A DNA stretch of 62,430 nt, filler included, from an uncultured Myxococcia bacterium (GCA_964617105.1; 8 parts of 8 records of this genome joined end to end with filler, not necessarily neighbours in it), one strand, 5' to 3'; positions 21,301 through 30,083 are shown, counted from the first letter of the whole stretch. Notes: generated by a model from the sequence alone, not told the origin. Translations and numbers: made by a program.

Positions 21301-22381
21301 CGTAACCATCTTTGTCGCTATCAGTACAGTCAGAGGGACAGACGAAATCATTGCCATCACAATCTTCATCAATAGTATTGCCGCAAATATCGGTAGCCCC
21401 GGGATTGATATCCTTGTTATTATCATCACAATCTGTTCCCAGACAACTCGAACCCTGTCCGTAACCATCCTGGTCACCATCGGTACAGGTGGCTGAACAA
21501 CTCTGATCGCCATCCTGGCAATCTTCATCTATACTGTTACCACAGATCTCCTGGGCGCTGGGATTGATATCCTTGTTATTATCATCACAATCTGTTCCCA
21601 AACAATCAGCGCCAATGCCGTACCCGTCGCCGTCTTGATCGTTACAATCAAGGCATTCATCCATCTTGGTGTCACAGTTTTCATCAACTGCATTACCGCA
21701 AACCTCTTTGGCGTCAGGGTTAATAGCAGGATCCTGGTCGTTACAGTCTTTATCTTTACATCCTAGCCCTTCACCAAATCCATCGCTATCCAAATCAAGG
21801 CACACTTCGGAGCACTTGATATCTTTGCCATCACAATTCTGATCTAAATTGTCATCACAAATCTCGGGAGCACCAGGATAAACGTTAGGATTAGTGTCAT
21901 CACAATCATTTTCCTGACAGGATTCTCCAGCACCGTAACCGTCACCGTCTTTGTCATTACAGCAGGGAGCATCTTCGCCGTTGCAATCATTATCGATGCT
22001 ATCACCGCAGATTTCGATAGCCAACGGGTTTACATTAGCGTTAGAGTCATCGCAATCAGGACCCTTGCATCCAGTGCCTTCGCCGTACAAATCACCATCT
22101 CCATCCTGGCAGTCAGCCATACAACTGGTATCTTGCCCATCGCAATCTTCATCTATTCCATTGCCGCATACTTCCTGGGCGCTGGCATAGATGGTCGGAT
22201 TGTTGTCATCGCAGTCCAGGCCTTCACAATCTGATCCCTCACCGTGTTTGTCTTCATCTACATCTACACAGTCCTTGGCCAGTTTCCCCTCATCATCACC
22301 ACACTGTATATAGCCTACAGCCATAATCAACACCGCCATCAGCATACAAATCTTCCATAATAATTTTGGTTTTTGTTTCAT
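18398..22381 (-). CDS. Secreted or lipid-anchored Cys-rich protein with 11 MopE-like metal-binding repeats and three copies of an unknown domain (1327 aa)
   Basis: Signal peptide ending GYIQC. DCDD...NP.A.E.C...D.DCDG repeats in blocks of 7, 3 and 1; each block is followed by Cys knots and a ~110-aa W/C-rich domain. Confidence 0.8.
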   Translation of the reverse strand: MKQKPKLLWKICMLMAVLIMAVGYIQCGDDEGKLAKDCVDVDEDKHGEGSDCEGLDCDDNNPTIYASAQEVCGNGIDEDCDGQDTSCMADCQDGDGDLYGEGTGCKGPDCDDSNANVNPLAIEICGDSIDNDCNGEDAPCCNDKDGDGYGAGESCQENDCDDTNPNVYPGAPEICDDNLDQNCDGKDIKCSEVCLDLDSDGFGEGLGCKDKDCNDQDPAINPDAKEVCGNAVDENCDTKMDECLDCNDQDGDGYGIGADCLGTDCDDNNKDINPSAQEICGNSIDEDCQDGDQSCSATCTDGDQDGYGQGSSCLGTDCDDNNKDINPGATDICGNTIDEDCDGNDFVCPSDCTDSDKDGYGQGNGCISTDCDDNNAEINPGKSEICNQIDDDCDGNTDECPAGKVCGSSSPVCKSSLNAECNIDDDCADQFKCVASKCLALQQGDCKSDTECAPPATCDLAIGKCVDTQCPVACPSPGICDHKNKRCVECTADVHCPSDEGSNMVCIPSTAVCLATEGTGDASEFPWKFHKMIQDCWKKGEKDNHDKKYFCYAITTPVGVDLDHSKYDDRVCKASSSDKSEFKKHDVKLETAEDIHGCGMFDLDNLDWSDNIGANSNRDYCMWFDPTRRDEIHIKRCSDFSKKDYNCIDKDGDGYGQGGGCFDSDCNDLDIVVYPGAAEICGDSIDQDCKGGDQPCPCDDPDKDGYGVGSGCVDTDCDQTDPNVNPGAADICGNGKDENCDGSDAPCICTTDNDKDGYGIGQDCDGPDCDDNDPQKNPGLPEICDGKDNNCDGQIDECPTGQGCQDGQCKAELNQICSSKVPCKAGMVCSNDICKRDLGSSCQVDSDCSMGHKCDPATKKCSSDVCLLLSCPAGQVCDRNNGACVQCFNDQHCQALAPNLSCVYSRNVCAGPTSNVDNNKLPWDIYDKIVKCWNKGSHSQKYFCYVMKMPSEIDKQVKPNLYDDFVCQANSGTKTEFKNKGISYDTINDIVGCGLLDLDNLHWEDELKEGSDNEYCMWFDPNWRDEVHIDKCHKYVGDKFQCIDKDEDGYGPGSDCFGNDCNDDNASINPKGSEICNGEDDDCDGTVDECASPAKICDPAGGGCKRMVNKVCTQDSECLTGLSCLVVGYYSNGVAIKKCKVPLGGDCKSDDQCTVNAKCDPDTKKCSNDICLLLACGDKGKQCQRTTKKCVDCLDDSHCSSPNVCVPSTNKCMGPQIEFIDSDLPCKMYLAIANCWLKHKSSSTKKFCTALKTINLSKAIKPGDYETCSAKCGIRESTIEDIWGCGLFDLKNLSWSSDVPTNSNREYCIWFDPTRTDEVHVDKCTQY
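21401..21600. repeat. Perfect 41-bp direct repeat inside the repeat gene
   Basis: GGGATTGATATCCTTGTTATTATCATCACAATCTGTTCCCA at 21401-21441 and 21560-21600. Confidence 0.9.
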
Positions 22382-22527
22382 GTTTAACTTCCTTACTTTA
22401 AAAAACTAGAAAAAAATACCTGTAACAAATTTGTAATATGATATCACTTTATAACGAAATCACGAATTTGTCTATAAGTAATAGGGAAATTGAACCAGGG
22501 ATACTGAGGTTAGAAATTTTACAATTG

Positions 22528-22556
22528 TTGACGCCAGAGATTGTTTTGGTTAAAAT
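22528..22556 (+). promoter_or_regulatory. Sigma70-type promoter for the DRG-type GTPase
   Basis: TTGACG-N17-TAAAAT, 42 bp upstream of the ATG; AGGAG RBS. Confidence 0.6.
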
Positions 22557-22598
22557 AATTAATATATTTAGCCCTGAAATTGAACTTAGGAGTAATCG

Positions 22599-23591
22599 AT
22601 GCCGGCCAACCTGACCCCACAATATCTGGAAGCGGAACAACGCTACAAAAAGGCCAAGAATGCGGCAGATAAATTATTCTGCCTGGAAGAGATGATGGCC
22701 ATCATTCCCAAACACAAAGGAACTGAAAAATTAAGGTCCCAAATAAAAAAGAAATTAGCCTCCCTTAAAAAAGAGGGCGGCAAAGACTCCGCCTCTAAGG
22801 GCAAAGGAATTAATTACAATGTAAAACGGCTGGGAGCCGCCCAGGTGATGCTGGTTGGCTCTCCTAACACCGGGAAATCGAGTTTACTTAAAACGGTTAC
22901 CAATACCGATCCGGCTATTGGTGACTATCCCTTTACCACCCGTTTTCCTCAACCGGGAATGCTTAATTATGAAAATATCCAGATTCAACTGGTAGACTTG
23001 CCCCCTCTGGATTATGAATATATGGAAAATTGGTTGCCCGGGGTTATCCGCGATGGAGATGCTGCCATCCTGTTTACCGACCTGGCCTCTGACGATCCAT
23101 TTGAGCAATTGGACACTGCCTTTAAAATTCTGGAGCAGGCCCGGATCTCTATAAGTTCCAATCCCACCTGTCGAAAACCTGGAGAGGCGCCCAACCTGAG
23201 TGGCATGATCCTGGCCACCAGGGCTGACCTGGACCTGGATGGAGAGATGTTGGAATTGATCAAAGAAGAATATGGCCAGAAAATGCCTTTATGCGCAGTG
23301 AGTCTTTTGCCAGAAAGCGAAACCGGTATAAAAGATTTTCAAGACACCCTGTTCAACTGCCTGAATATTATCAGGATATATACTAAGATGCCAGGCAAAG
23401 AGACGGATAAAAACGACCCGGTAATCCTGCCAAAAGGAGCTCAGGTGATCGATTTTGCCCTTAATATTCACAAAGATTTTGCCCGAAAATTAAAATTCGC
23501 CCGTATCTGGACCCCTGGCAAGTACGATGGTCAGATGGTCAACCGTAACCACAATTTGATTGATGGGGATATTATCGAGTTGAAAATCTAG
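22599..23591 (+). CDS. DRG/OBG-family GTPase with C-terminal TGS domain
   Basis: MPANL start, HKGTEKL, G1 GSPNTGKS, YPFTT, G3 DLP, and TGS (IRIYTK...IHKDF...ARIW...DGDIIEL). Confidence 0.88.
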   Translation: MPANLTPQYLEAEQRYKKAKNAADKLFCLEEMMAIIPKHKGTEKLRSQIKKKLASLKKEGGKDSASKGKGINYNVKRLGAAQVMLVGSPNTGKSSLLKTVTNTDPAIGDYPFTTRFPQPGMLNYENIQIQLVDLPPLDYEYMENWLPGVIRDGDAAILFTDLASDDPFEQLDTAFKILEQARISISSNPTCRKPGEAPNLSGMILATRADLDLDGEMLELIKEEYGQKMPLCAVSLLPESETGIKDFQDTLFNCLNIIRIYTKMPGKETDKNDPVILPKGAQVIDFALNIHKDFARKLKFARIWTPGKYDGQMVNRNHNLIDGDIIELKI

Positions 23592-23794
23592 CCCTTTAGC
23601 ACGCCCAGGGGTCTTAGTTTGGCGACTTTGAATGATATACCAGCCCCGTGCATTACGTCAACTACTTCATTAACGTCCTTGTAGGCCTCGGGCATCTCCT
23701 CTGCCAGAGTATGCTTACCAGCGATGCGCACCTTGATACCGCTATCTTCCAACTCCCTTCTAATATTCCTCCCTTTGGCGCTCTTTTTCGCAGC
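23588..23794 (-). CDS. rtcB: RNA ligase RtcB, 3' fragment (rest lies beyond the contig end)
   Basis: Not in the ORF track. Manual translation AAKKSAKGRNIRRELEDSGIKVRIAGKHTLAEEMPEAYKDVNEVVDVMHGAGISFKVAKLRPLGVLKG* matches the RtcB C-terminus (EE.P.AYK, L.P...KG). Confidence 0.9.
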   Translation of the reverse strand, partial: AAKKSAKGRNIRRELEDSGIKVRIAGKHTLAEEMPEAYKDVNEVVDVMHGAGISFKVAKLRPLGVLKG

Positions 23795-23894
23795 NNNNNN
23801 NNNNNNNNNNNNNNNNNNNNNNNNNNNNNNNNNNNNNNTTAATTAATTAANNNNNNNNNNNNNNNNNNNNNNNNNNNNNNNNNNNNNNNNNNNN
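23795..23894. other. Artificial contig linker
   Basis: 44 N + TTAATTAATTAA + 44 N. Confidence 0.98.
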
Positions 23895-23915
23895 CTTATT
23901 TAAGCAATTGATTTT

Positions 23916-24167
23916 TCACATGAAAACACTATTCTTTTCAACACCCTTTCGATGTCCAACAATTAAAAGACCAGGGCAGCTATTATTTAAAAAGCAGGGG
24001 ACAATAATCCGCTCCTCAGGCATTTCAAAATTTCCGCTGCAATCATAAAGGGAGGCTTTGAACTCTTTTTTTTTTGTTATTTGGTCTTTTTCTGGTGAAG
24101 AACTGCAAGAGGATAAGAAAAGAGATGAAAAAAGGAGAAAATTAAGGATAACTGTGTTTATACTCAT
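23916..24167 (-). CDS. Small hypothetical lipoprotein (83 aa)
   Basis: Hydrophobic N-terminus with LSSC lipobox. Confidence 0.45.
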   Translation of the reverse strand: MSINTVILNFLLFSSLFLSSCSSSPEKDQITKKKEFKASLYDCSGNFEMPEERIIVPCFLNNSCPGLLIVGHRKGVEKNSVFM

Positions 24168-24424
24168 TGGTCTTATTTAATTGCTTTCATCTTATAATTT
24201 ATTCTAATGACATAATGGTGTTATTTTGCCAGTACAGCGGGATTTAGGCAACTGAAAAATAGTTGGTTTTGATATTGATATACCTCATCGGGGGCACCGT
24301 CAAAGTCGTTTCCAGCCAAGGCGTTATCACATCGCATAGGAGACCTGAAATGCGTTGACGTAAGGATCTTTAATTGATACTTTTCAATAGATGGGATGAT
24401 ATAACCGGATAATGGAGTGACCAA

Positions 24425-24925
24425 ATGACAAAATTGATTCACGTTGTGGGGCGGCAGAACAACGGCAAAACCACTTTGATGGAAGATATTTTAAAAGAGT
24501 TAACCAAAAGGGGTTTAAAAGCCGGAACTATAAAACACAGTTGGCATAAACACGAATTGGATAAACCGGGAAAAGACTCTTTTCGGCATCGTGAAGCCGG
24601 GGGCAATCCTGCTGCCATCATAACTAAAAATCTGATGGGGGTTTACCTTCCGGTTGTGTCAGAGATAGATTCTTTTGATTATCTGTTGCCCTTTTTTAAA
24701 AATACCAACCTGGTCCTGGTGGAAGGCGGTATCGATCTCTCCCATCCAAATAGTCTCAAAATAGAGGTCTGGAGAAAAAATTCGGGCAAAGAACCTTTAG
24801 TTTTTGAAAGAGAAGAGATCCTGGCAGTGGTAACTGATGACCCGATTCAAACCGATAAAGAAATCCTGCCCCGCAATAATATTGTTAAAGTTGTTGATTA
24901 TATTGAAAGACTTATCAATAGATGA
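24425..24925 (+). CDS. mobB: Molybdopterin-guanine dinucleotide biosynthesis protein B
   Basis: GRQNNGKTT P-loop, IKH, DKPGKDSFRH and LVLVEG. Confidence 0.9.
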   Translation: MTKLIHVVGRQNNGKTTLMEDILKELTKRGLKAGTIKHSWHKHELDKPGKDSFRHREAGGNPAAIITKNLMGVYLPVVSEIDSFDYLLPFFKNTNLVLVEGGIDLSHPNSLKIEVWRKNSGKEPLVFEREEILAVVTDDPIQTDKEILPRNNIVKVVDYIERLINR

Positions 24926-25529
24926 ACACTATTCCCATTTATATACTGGCGGGAGGTAAAAGTTCCCGGTACGGACAAGACAAAGCCAGAGTCCTTTTTC
25001 AGGGAAAACCGCTTCTGCTCCATGTTACCGGTCTGTTTGGCAAAATATCTAACAATATCACTGTGATAGCTGACAAAGCAGAAAAATATGATGATCTTGG
25101 GGTCAAGACCATTTCTGATAAAATTAAGGGGCAGGGGCCTTTGGGAGGCCTCCATCGGGCAATATTGGATTGCAATAAAAACGAATGGTTACTCCTATCT
25201 TCTTGTGATCTAATCGGTATTCAAACCAGATGGTTGGATTTGCTCATTTCCGGAATAAAAAACAATGTTCAGGCCGTGGCTTTCAAGGGTGATTTTTGGG
25301 AACCCATGCCCGGGCTTTATCACACGGCATCCCTAGAAGTAGTAACCCGGCTTTTAACCGAGAAACGGCCCATTTGGCAGTGAAGACAAATGGCCTGCCG
25401 GTTCCGGATAATTGGGATAAAGCGATAAATATCAATCAACCCGCTGATATGGAAAAAGCCAAGAGTCTTGGACTCACCGCAGGGATCTCAACTACAACTT
25501 GGGGGGGGCTGGATGCTGACCAAAGATGA
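24922..25529 (+). pseudogene. mobA: Molybdenum cofactor guanylyltransferase MobA, frameshifted near 25375-25383
   Basis: LAGGKSSRYGQDKA, GPLGG, SCD and EPMPGLY lie in 24922-25383. The C-terminal NINQPAD motif is in a different frame ending at 25529. Confidence 0.7.
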
Positions 25530-25622
25530 TTGTGTGAAAAAATAAAATGGAAATTTGACAAAAGAAAAAAAAAGAGATAAAAATTCTAAAAGTATTTTGT
25601 TTTCTATGGAAAGGAGTTCTGA

Positions 25623-25757
25623 ATGATTAAGAAATTCACACTGTTATGTGCAGTTATCCTGATGGTTTTTGCTCTTATTGCCTGTGGTAGTGATGATAGC
25701 AAAGATTCAAAAGAGACAGAAGCCCAAGGAAAAGCCATTAAAACCACTGTTAATTAA
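25623..25757 (+). CDS. 44-aa mini-lipoprotein or truncated lipoprotein gene
   Basis: MIKKFTLLCAVILMVFALIACGSDDSKDSKETEAQGKAIKTTVN*; LIAC lipobox, AAGGAG RBS, TTGACA at 25555. Confidence 0.55.
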   Translation: MIKKFTLLCAVILMVFALIACGSDDSKDSKETEAQGKAIKTTVN

Positions 25758-25761
25758 AAAG

Positions 25762-26262
25762 GTAAACCCCCGGCTCTGCCGGGGGACTCCCAGAGTTTGA
25801 CAATTCCGGGATTATAATCGAGAGTTCTAACTGTGAACCGCTCAAAGTTTACAGAAAGGAACATCTCGATGAAGAATATAGGTAGTTTAAACCACACGAA
25901 ATGGGAATGCAAGTATCATATCGTATGGATACCCAAGTATCGTAAAAAGAGTTTGTATAATCAACTTCGTAAATATTTAGCGTCAGTTTTACACGAATTG
26001 GCATCACAAAAAGAATGTAAAATAGAAGAAGGTAGCCTAAAATCAGATCACATTCATATGATGATATCGATACCGCCAAAATATTCTGTTTCACAAGTAG
26101 TCGGCTTTATAAAAATCAGGAAGAAGCAGATAAACGCCTCGACCAACTAGAATTGTTTTGATACAAAATGGCCCCTTTTAGGGGCTCCAATATTTAAACC
26201 CAATAACCGCTTTGAGCGGTTCACATATTTGAAGCCTCCGGCTTTGCCGGAGGAGTAGTCAC
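25762..26262 (+). mobile_element. IS200/IS605-family element (IS200 type, tnpA only), internally deleted
   Basis: Subterminal hairpins CCCCCGGC-TCT-GCCGGGGG (25767-25785) and CCTCCGGC-TTT-GCCGGAGG (26235-26253) flank a Y1 transposase; exact ends are approximate. Confidence 0.88.
25869..26161 (+). pseudogene. tnpA: Y1 (HUH) transposase TnpA pseudogene
   Basis: HTKWECKYHIVWIPKYR, DHIHM and SIPPKYSVSQVVGFIK, then an out-of-frame jump to KNQEEADKRLDQLELF*. The GKS...FWARGY segment is missing. Confidence 0.88.
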
Positions 26263-26388
26263 TAATAAATTAGTTACCAAGTGCTTATTAGATAACATTT
26301 TCTCTCCTAAAACCCTTTGATGCCAAAATTATGGTGTTTGGCGTTCAAAGCGCTATATCAGTGATTTGGCAAGGATATTTAAGAGTTG

Positions 26389-27618
26389 CTATGCCTGTGA
26401 CTTGGCAGTGAGTTCCCCCACCTCCACGGCAATGGCTATTTTTAACAGCAGCGTCAAAATCAAAAAGCCCATGGCCCAGACACCGGCAGTGACCACTATC
26501 TCTATTGCATTGGGGACATACTCAACAACTTCCCCCAGCGGTGACGGGATAAAGCCGGGCACAATCAGCCCCATGCCCTTCTCCATCCAGATGGCGGTAA
26601 AAAGGGCGCCGCAACCTGCCAGCAGCAGTTTTTGGTTTTGCCTGACTATGGGGAAGCAGAGGGCCAAGGTGGCCAAAACATTGATGATCAACGAGGTCCA
26701 GATCCAGGTTACCAACTTGCCGTGACCATCAAGGCCAAAATATAGATAAAAGGCGGTATGGCTATGTTCGGTGGCGTGATAAAACTCTTTAAACAATTCA
26801 GACCCCAACATTATCAGGTTGATAATGGCCGCCACAACAGCAATGGTAGTCAATTTTCCAATTACCGTATCCTTAACCGGAAATTTGGTTCTGGCTTTTA
26901 CCAGAGATAAAACAATAATTATAAAAGCGGGTCCCGAAGCGAAAGCCGAGGCTAAAAACCGGGGGCCCAAAATAGCGGCGTTCCAATAGGGGCGGGCAGG
27001 TAAACCGGCATAGAGAAAAGCGGTAACCAGATGGATACTAAAGGCCCATATCACCGATATAACCATAAAAACAATGACTATTTTTTGATTGGTCTTTAAT
27101 CCATAGTAGTGAGAAAAGAGCAAATAAAAAGGGATTAGCAGGTTGAGGGCCAGATAACCGTTAAGAACCAGAATATCCCAGGTGAGCATTGAATCGGGCC
27201 AGTTGAAGTGGCCTATTCCGGGAAGCAAATGCCAGAACCGGTCAATGCGTCCCAGATCTATCAATACCAGGCTCAAACACATCATCAAGGCTGCCACCGC
27301 CACTCCCTCACCGATTAGAACCGTTTTGGAAAAATCCACATCTTTAAAAAATACCGCCGGCAGAGTCAGCATCACCGAAGCAGCCGCCAAACCCACTAAA
27401 AAGGTAAAATTAGATATATAAAATCCCCAACTGACATAGTCATTCATGGAGGTCACAGCCAATCCGTTCTTCACCTGATAAATCCAGCAGAAAAAACCTG
27501 AGGCCATAACTGCCAATAGAAATATAATCCAGGTGTAGTAAGCTCTGCTCCCCTTTAGAGCAAATAAAATACAATCAAAGGAAAAACGAAATATTTGCTT
27601 GATAGTTCCTGTCACCAC
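26389..27618 (-). CDS. NrfD/PsrC/DsrP-family integral membrane quinol-interacting subunit
   Basis: About 10 transmembrane helices; WGFYISNFTFLVGLAA, DLGR, SIHLVTAFL and WMEKGMGLIVPGFIPSP. Confidence 0.88.
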   Translation of the reverse strand: MVTGTIKQIFRFSFDCILFALKGSRAYYTWIIFLLAVMASGFFCWIYQVKNGLAVTSMNDYVSWGFYISNFTFLVGLAAASVMLTLPAVFFKDVDFSKTVLIGEGVAVAALMMCLSLVLIDLGRIDRFWHLLPGIGHFNWPDSMLTWDILVLNGYLALNLLIPFYLLFSHYYGLKTNQKIVIVFMVISVIWAFSIHLVTAFLYAGLPARPYWNAAILGPRFLASAFASGPAFIIIVLSLVKARTKFPVKDTVIGKLTTIAVVAAIINLIMLGSELFKEFYHATEHSHTAFYLYFGLDGHGKLVTWIWTSLIINVLATLALCFPIVRQNQKLLLAGCGALFTAIWMEKGMGLIVPGFIPSPLGEVVEYVPNAIEIVVTAGVWAMGFLILTLLLKIAIAVEVGELTAKSQA

Positions 27619-27666
27619 TGCTCCTTTGCTTTTTTACTTCCTTATGAATCTATTTTTCAGGGGCCA

Positions 27667-28692
27667 TCAGTCCATGAAATACCAAAAATTGGGTTCTGTA
27701 TGCAAATCTTCCCGCAGCCGAAAAACCTTTTTTTGCGCCAGGATATAACGGATTTCGCTCTTGGGATCCAAGAGGTTGCCAAATACTCTGGCGCCGGTGG
27801 GGCAACTGTCCACACAGGCGGGAAGTTTACCCTTTCTGGTACGCTGAATACAGAAGGTGCATTTTTCCATAGAGCCTACCGGTCGAATCCGGTTACCCAG
27901 GTAGTGTTGCTTCCGGTTGATCTTATCGGCGGGAATGGTGGGCTTAGCCCAGTTGAAACGCCTCCCCCAGTAGGGACAGGCGGCGGCGCAATATCGACAA
28001 CCAATGCACCAATCATAATCAACCACCACTATCCCGTCTTTCTCCTTCCAGGTAGCCCCGGTGGGACACACCTTAGTGCAGGGAGGTTTTTCGCAGTGAA
28101 AACATTGCACCCCCATGTAAAAACGGCCGGCAGCCGGGACCTCATGGGCGAAACGGCCGGAAGAGGATGAGAGGGAAAAATTTCCTTCCCGGTTTTCAAA
28201 AATCCGGATGTATTGGGTTTTGTTTTTACGATTCAGGTTGTTTTCTTCCACACAGGCTTTGACGCAATCCATATAGCCTTTGCACCTGGACAAATTAAAA
28301 GCATAACCAAACTTTACTTTTTCCAAAGGCTCTTGCCCGCTAAGGGAAATGCGGTTGCTATGCTCCAATTCCCACAACCTCTCTATCCTATAGATAGTGG
28401 CTGCCCGCTCTTTGGAAGTCATTAATTGGTAATTTTTTTTAAAATACTCCTCGGTCCTGAAGGATGCGCCCTCCCCCTTACCCAGACAGCCCGGGACCGT
28501 TAAAGCAAAAGCCCCGGCCACAGCACCTTTGGAAGCCATACTTAATAAACTTCTACGGCTCAACCGGCACTTTTTTTTCCCGGGGGCAGTTTTATCAGAG
28601 GTATTCTCCTGCTCCCTGCGGACTTTTTTTTCTAAATTGTTTCCTTGACTCTTCTCCATGCTCTTCCTCAGACGTTTATTTTCAGTTATCAC
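27667..28692 (-). CDS. Tat-exported 4Fe-4S dicluster protein (NrfC/DsrO-like)
   Basis: SRRSLL twin-arginine signal; CFHCEKPPC, CIGCRYCAAACPY and KCTFC...PACVDSCP. Confidence 0.88.
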   Translation of the reverse strand: MITENKRLRKSMEKSQGNNLEKKVRREQENTSDKTAPGKKKCRLSRRSLLSMASKGAVAGAFALTVPGCLGKGEGASFRTEEYFKKNYQLMTSKERAATIYRIERLWELEHSNRISLSGQEPLEKVKFGYAFNLSRCKGYMDCVKACVEENNLNRKNKTQYIRIFENREGNFSLSSSSGRFAHEVPAAGRFYMGVQCFHCEKPPCTKVCPTGATWKEKDGIVVVDYDWCIGCRYCAAACPYWGRRFNWAKPTIPADKINRKQHYLGNRIRPVGSMEKCTFCIQRTRKGKLPACVDSCPTGARVFGNLLDPKSEIRYILAQKKVFRLREDLHTEPNFWYFMD

Positions 28693-28712
28693 TCCACTAT
28701 TCAGCCCATTGT

Positions 28713-29405
28713 CTAGTGGGGAATACTGGGTGAGATAACCGGTCTTCTTTTAACCAGACCGGGACGGTGGGGGTTGTGACAGGCGGAGCATGATTTGATT
28801 ACCCTTGGTTCCACCCATCCTCCCAGACGTTTACCGTGAGCGCCTCCAACCCAGTCGCGGTATTTTTCGCTATGGCAGGAAGCACAAACTTGGTAAGAGT
28901 GATTGAAATCAACCTCTTCGCCATTGGGGGTCGATAGATTATTGCTCCAGGGCTGCTGGTGACAGGTAGAGCAATTCATCACTTTCTCACTGGCATGGGA
29001 GAGATTGATCCGCCAGTGTGCTTTGGCAAAAGCCAGGCTCCTCTCTGTTTTCATCTCCTGAGTATGGCAGGCGGAACAGGGAAAGTTTACAATCTTTTTT
29101 CTTCTGAAGGATACATAAAAATTATCATCCACCTGAGAAGTATCAAAATCCTTGACAGTAATACCCTCCAGATTAACGGCCACATAACTAATATTGTCCA
29201 AAGGCTGTTCTATAAAACCGGAATTTGAACTAGTGCCAGAATTTGAACTTGCCAATTGCTCTTGCGCCTTGAGGCCGGCCTCACCTTTTGAACATGACAG
29301 GGCTCCGCACAGAAGCCCGCAAAAAAACAAAAAAGGTAAAAGGACCGCCAAAAGATTTCGAGGAAAAAATAAAGTTTTAACCACCTGAGATCTCTCCTTA
29401 TTCAA
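28713..29405 (-). CDS. Tetraheme c-type cytochrome (probable lipoprotein)
   Basis: Four CxxCH motifs (CSACH, CSTCH, CASCH, CSACH); GAHGKR motif; ALSC lipobox-like. Confidence 0.85.
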   Translation of the reverse strand: MNKERSQVVKTLFFPRNLLAVLLPFLFFCGLLCGALSCSKGEAGLKAQEQLASSNSGTSSNSGFIEQPLDNISYVAVNLEGITVKDFDTSQVDDNFYVSFRRKKIVNFPCSACHTQEMKTERSLAFAKAHWRINLSHASEKVMNCSTCHQQPWSNNLSTPNGEEVDFNHSYQVCASCHSEKYRDWVGGAHGKRLGGWVEPRVIKSCSACHNPHRPGLVKRRPVISPSIPH

Positions 29406-30083
29406 TCATTGGGGCGGGAAAGCCGGATTTTTCTCCACATGACACTGCAGGCAAAGTATCCGCTGAGGATGAGGCGTCCTGATAGGAGCCACCGCAGCGG
29501 GCCCGGAATGACAGGCCAGACAGTTAGTCCGCATCTGCAGAGAGTGGGGAATGGACACCGGCGCTCCGGGAAGGGTAGCCTGTTTAATAACCGGCGGTTT
29601 ACTGCTCAGCCACTTGCTTTCTACAAAATCTTTAACCTCCTCCTGCGGCCTGATGTGGCATTGATCACAGGCACTGTAATGGGGGTGAGGTGTAATTGGA
29701 GCGTAGGCCTTTAAAGATGTTACAAAGCCGCCCATTTTATGGCAGGTCAAGCAATCTATCCCCTGGTTGTTGAGTTTCTGCTCTTGGTGGGGAATGATTG
29801 GCGGCGCTCCGGGATATTGGCGCAAATCGTAGTATTTGGTTCGGTCCCGATCCTGGCGCAGGTCAATCGGAGAAATAAGGCCCGAATGGGGATCTTTGAT
29901 AGGGAGGTAGATATCTGCCTCACTGTCGGTGAGTAATAGAGCGAAGTTTTTTGGCAAAAGACCATTGGCAAAGAGTTTTGAACCAAAAACAACCAAGATA
30001 AACAGGTGAAACAAAACCAGTAAAATTATGGTTCTCTTCCTAAAAAAGATGGAGAAATTAAATTTTCTTAATATTGATTTCAT
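29406..30083 (-). CDS. napB: NapB-like nitrate reductase cytochrome c subunit, tetraheme (duplicated module)
   Basis: Two PGAP..IPH...CxxCH...TPHP...CxxCH modules. Likely start ATG at 30083 overlaps the napA stop (ATGA). Confidence 0.75.
   Translation of the reverse strand: MKSILRKFNFSIFFRKRTIILLVLFHLFILVVFGSKLFANGLLPKNFALLLTDSEADIYLPIKDPHSGLISPIDLRQDRDRTKYYDLRQYPGAPPIIPHQEQKLNNQGIDCLTCHKMGGFVTSLKAYAPITPHPHYSACDQCHIRPQEEVKDFVESKWLSSKPPVIKQATLPGAPVSIPHSLQMRTNCLACHSGPAAVAPIRTPHPQRILCLQCHVEKNPAFPPQ

Noticed and set aside
24283-24383. GC-rich, potentially folding segment upstream of mobB as a Moco riboswitch
   Set aside because: Some pairing exists (CGTCAA/TTGACG, CGCAT/ATGCG), but I could not match the Moco RNA consensus. 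TTGACG-N17-TACTTT is equally explained as a promoter. An Infernal/Rfam scan would settle it.
25381-25383. TGA in mobA as selenocysteine or readthrough
   Set aside because: In-frame readthrough gives unrelated sequence and another stop; the conserved motif is in a different frame.
26315-26350. Imperfect hairpin downstream of the NrfD-like gene as a terminator
   Set aside because: Plausible, but the stem is imperfect and the U-tract weak, so there is not enough support to call it.
29220-29252. Short duplication (GAATTTGAACT twice, 18 bp apart) in the cytochrome gene
   Set aside because: In-frame low-complexity linker duplication (SSNSG) with no wider significance.
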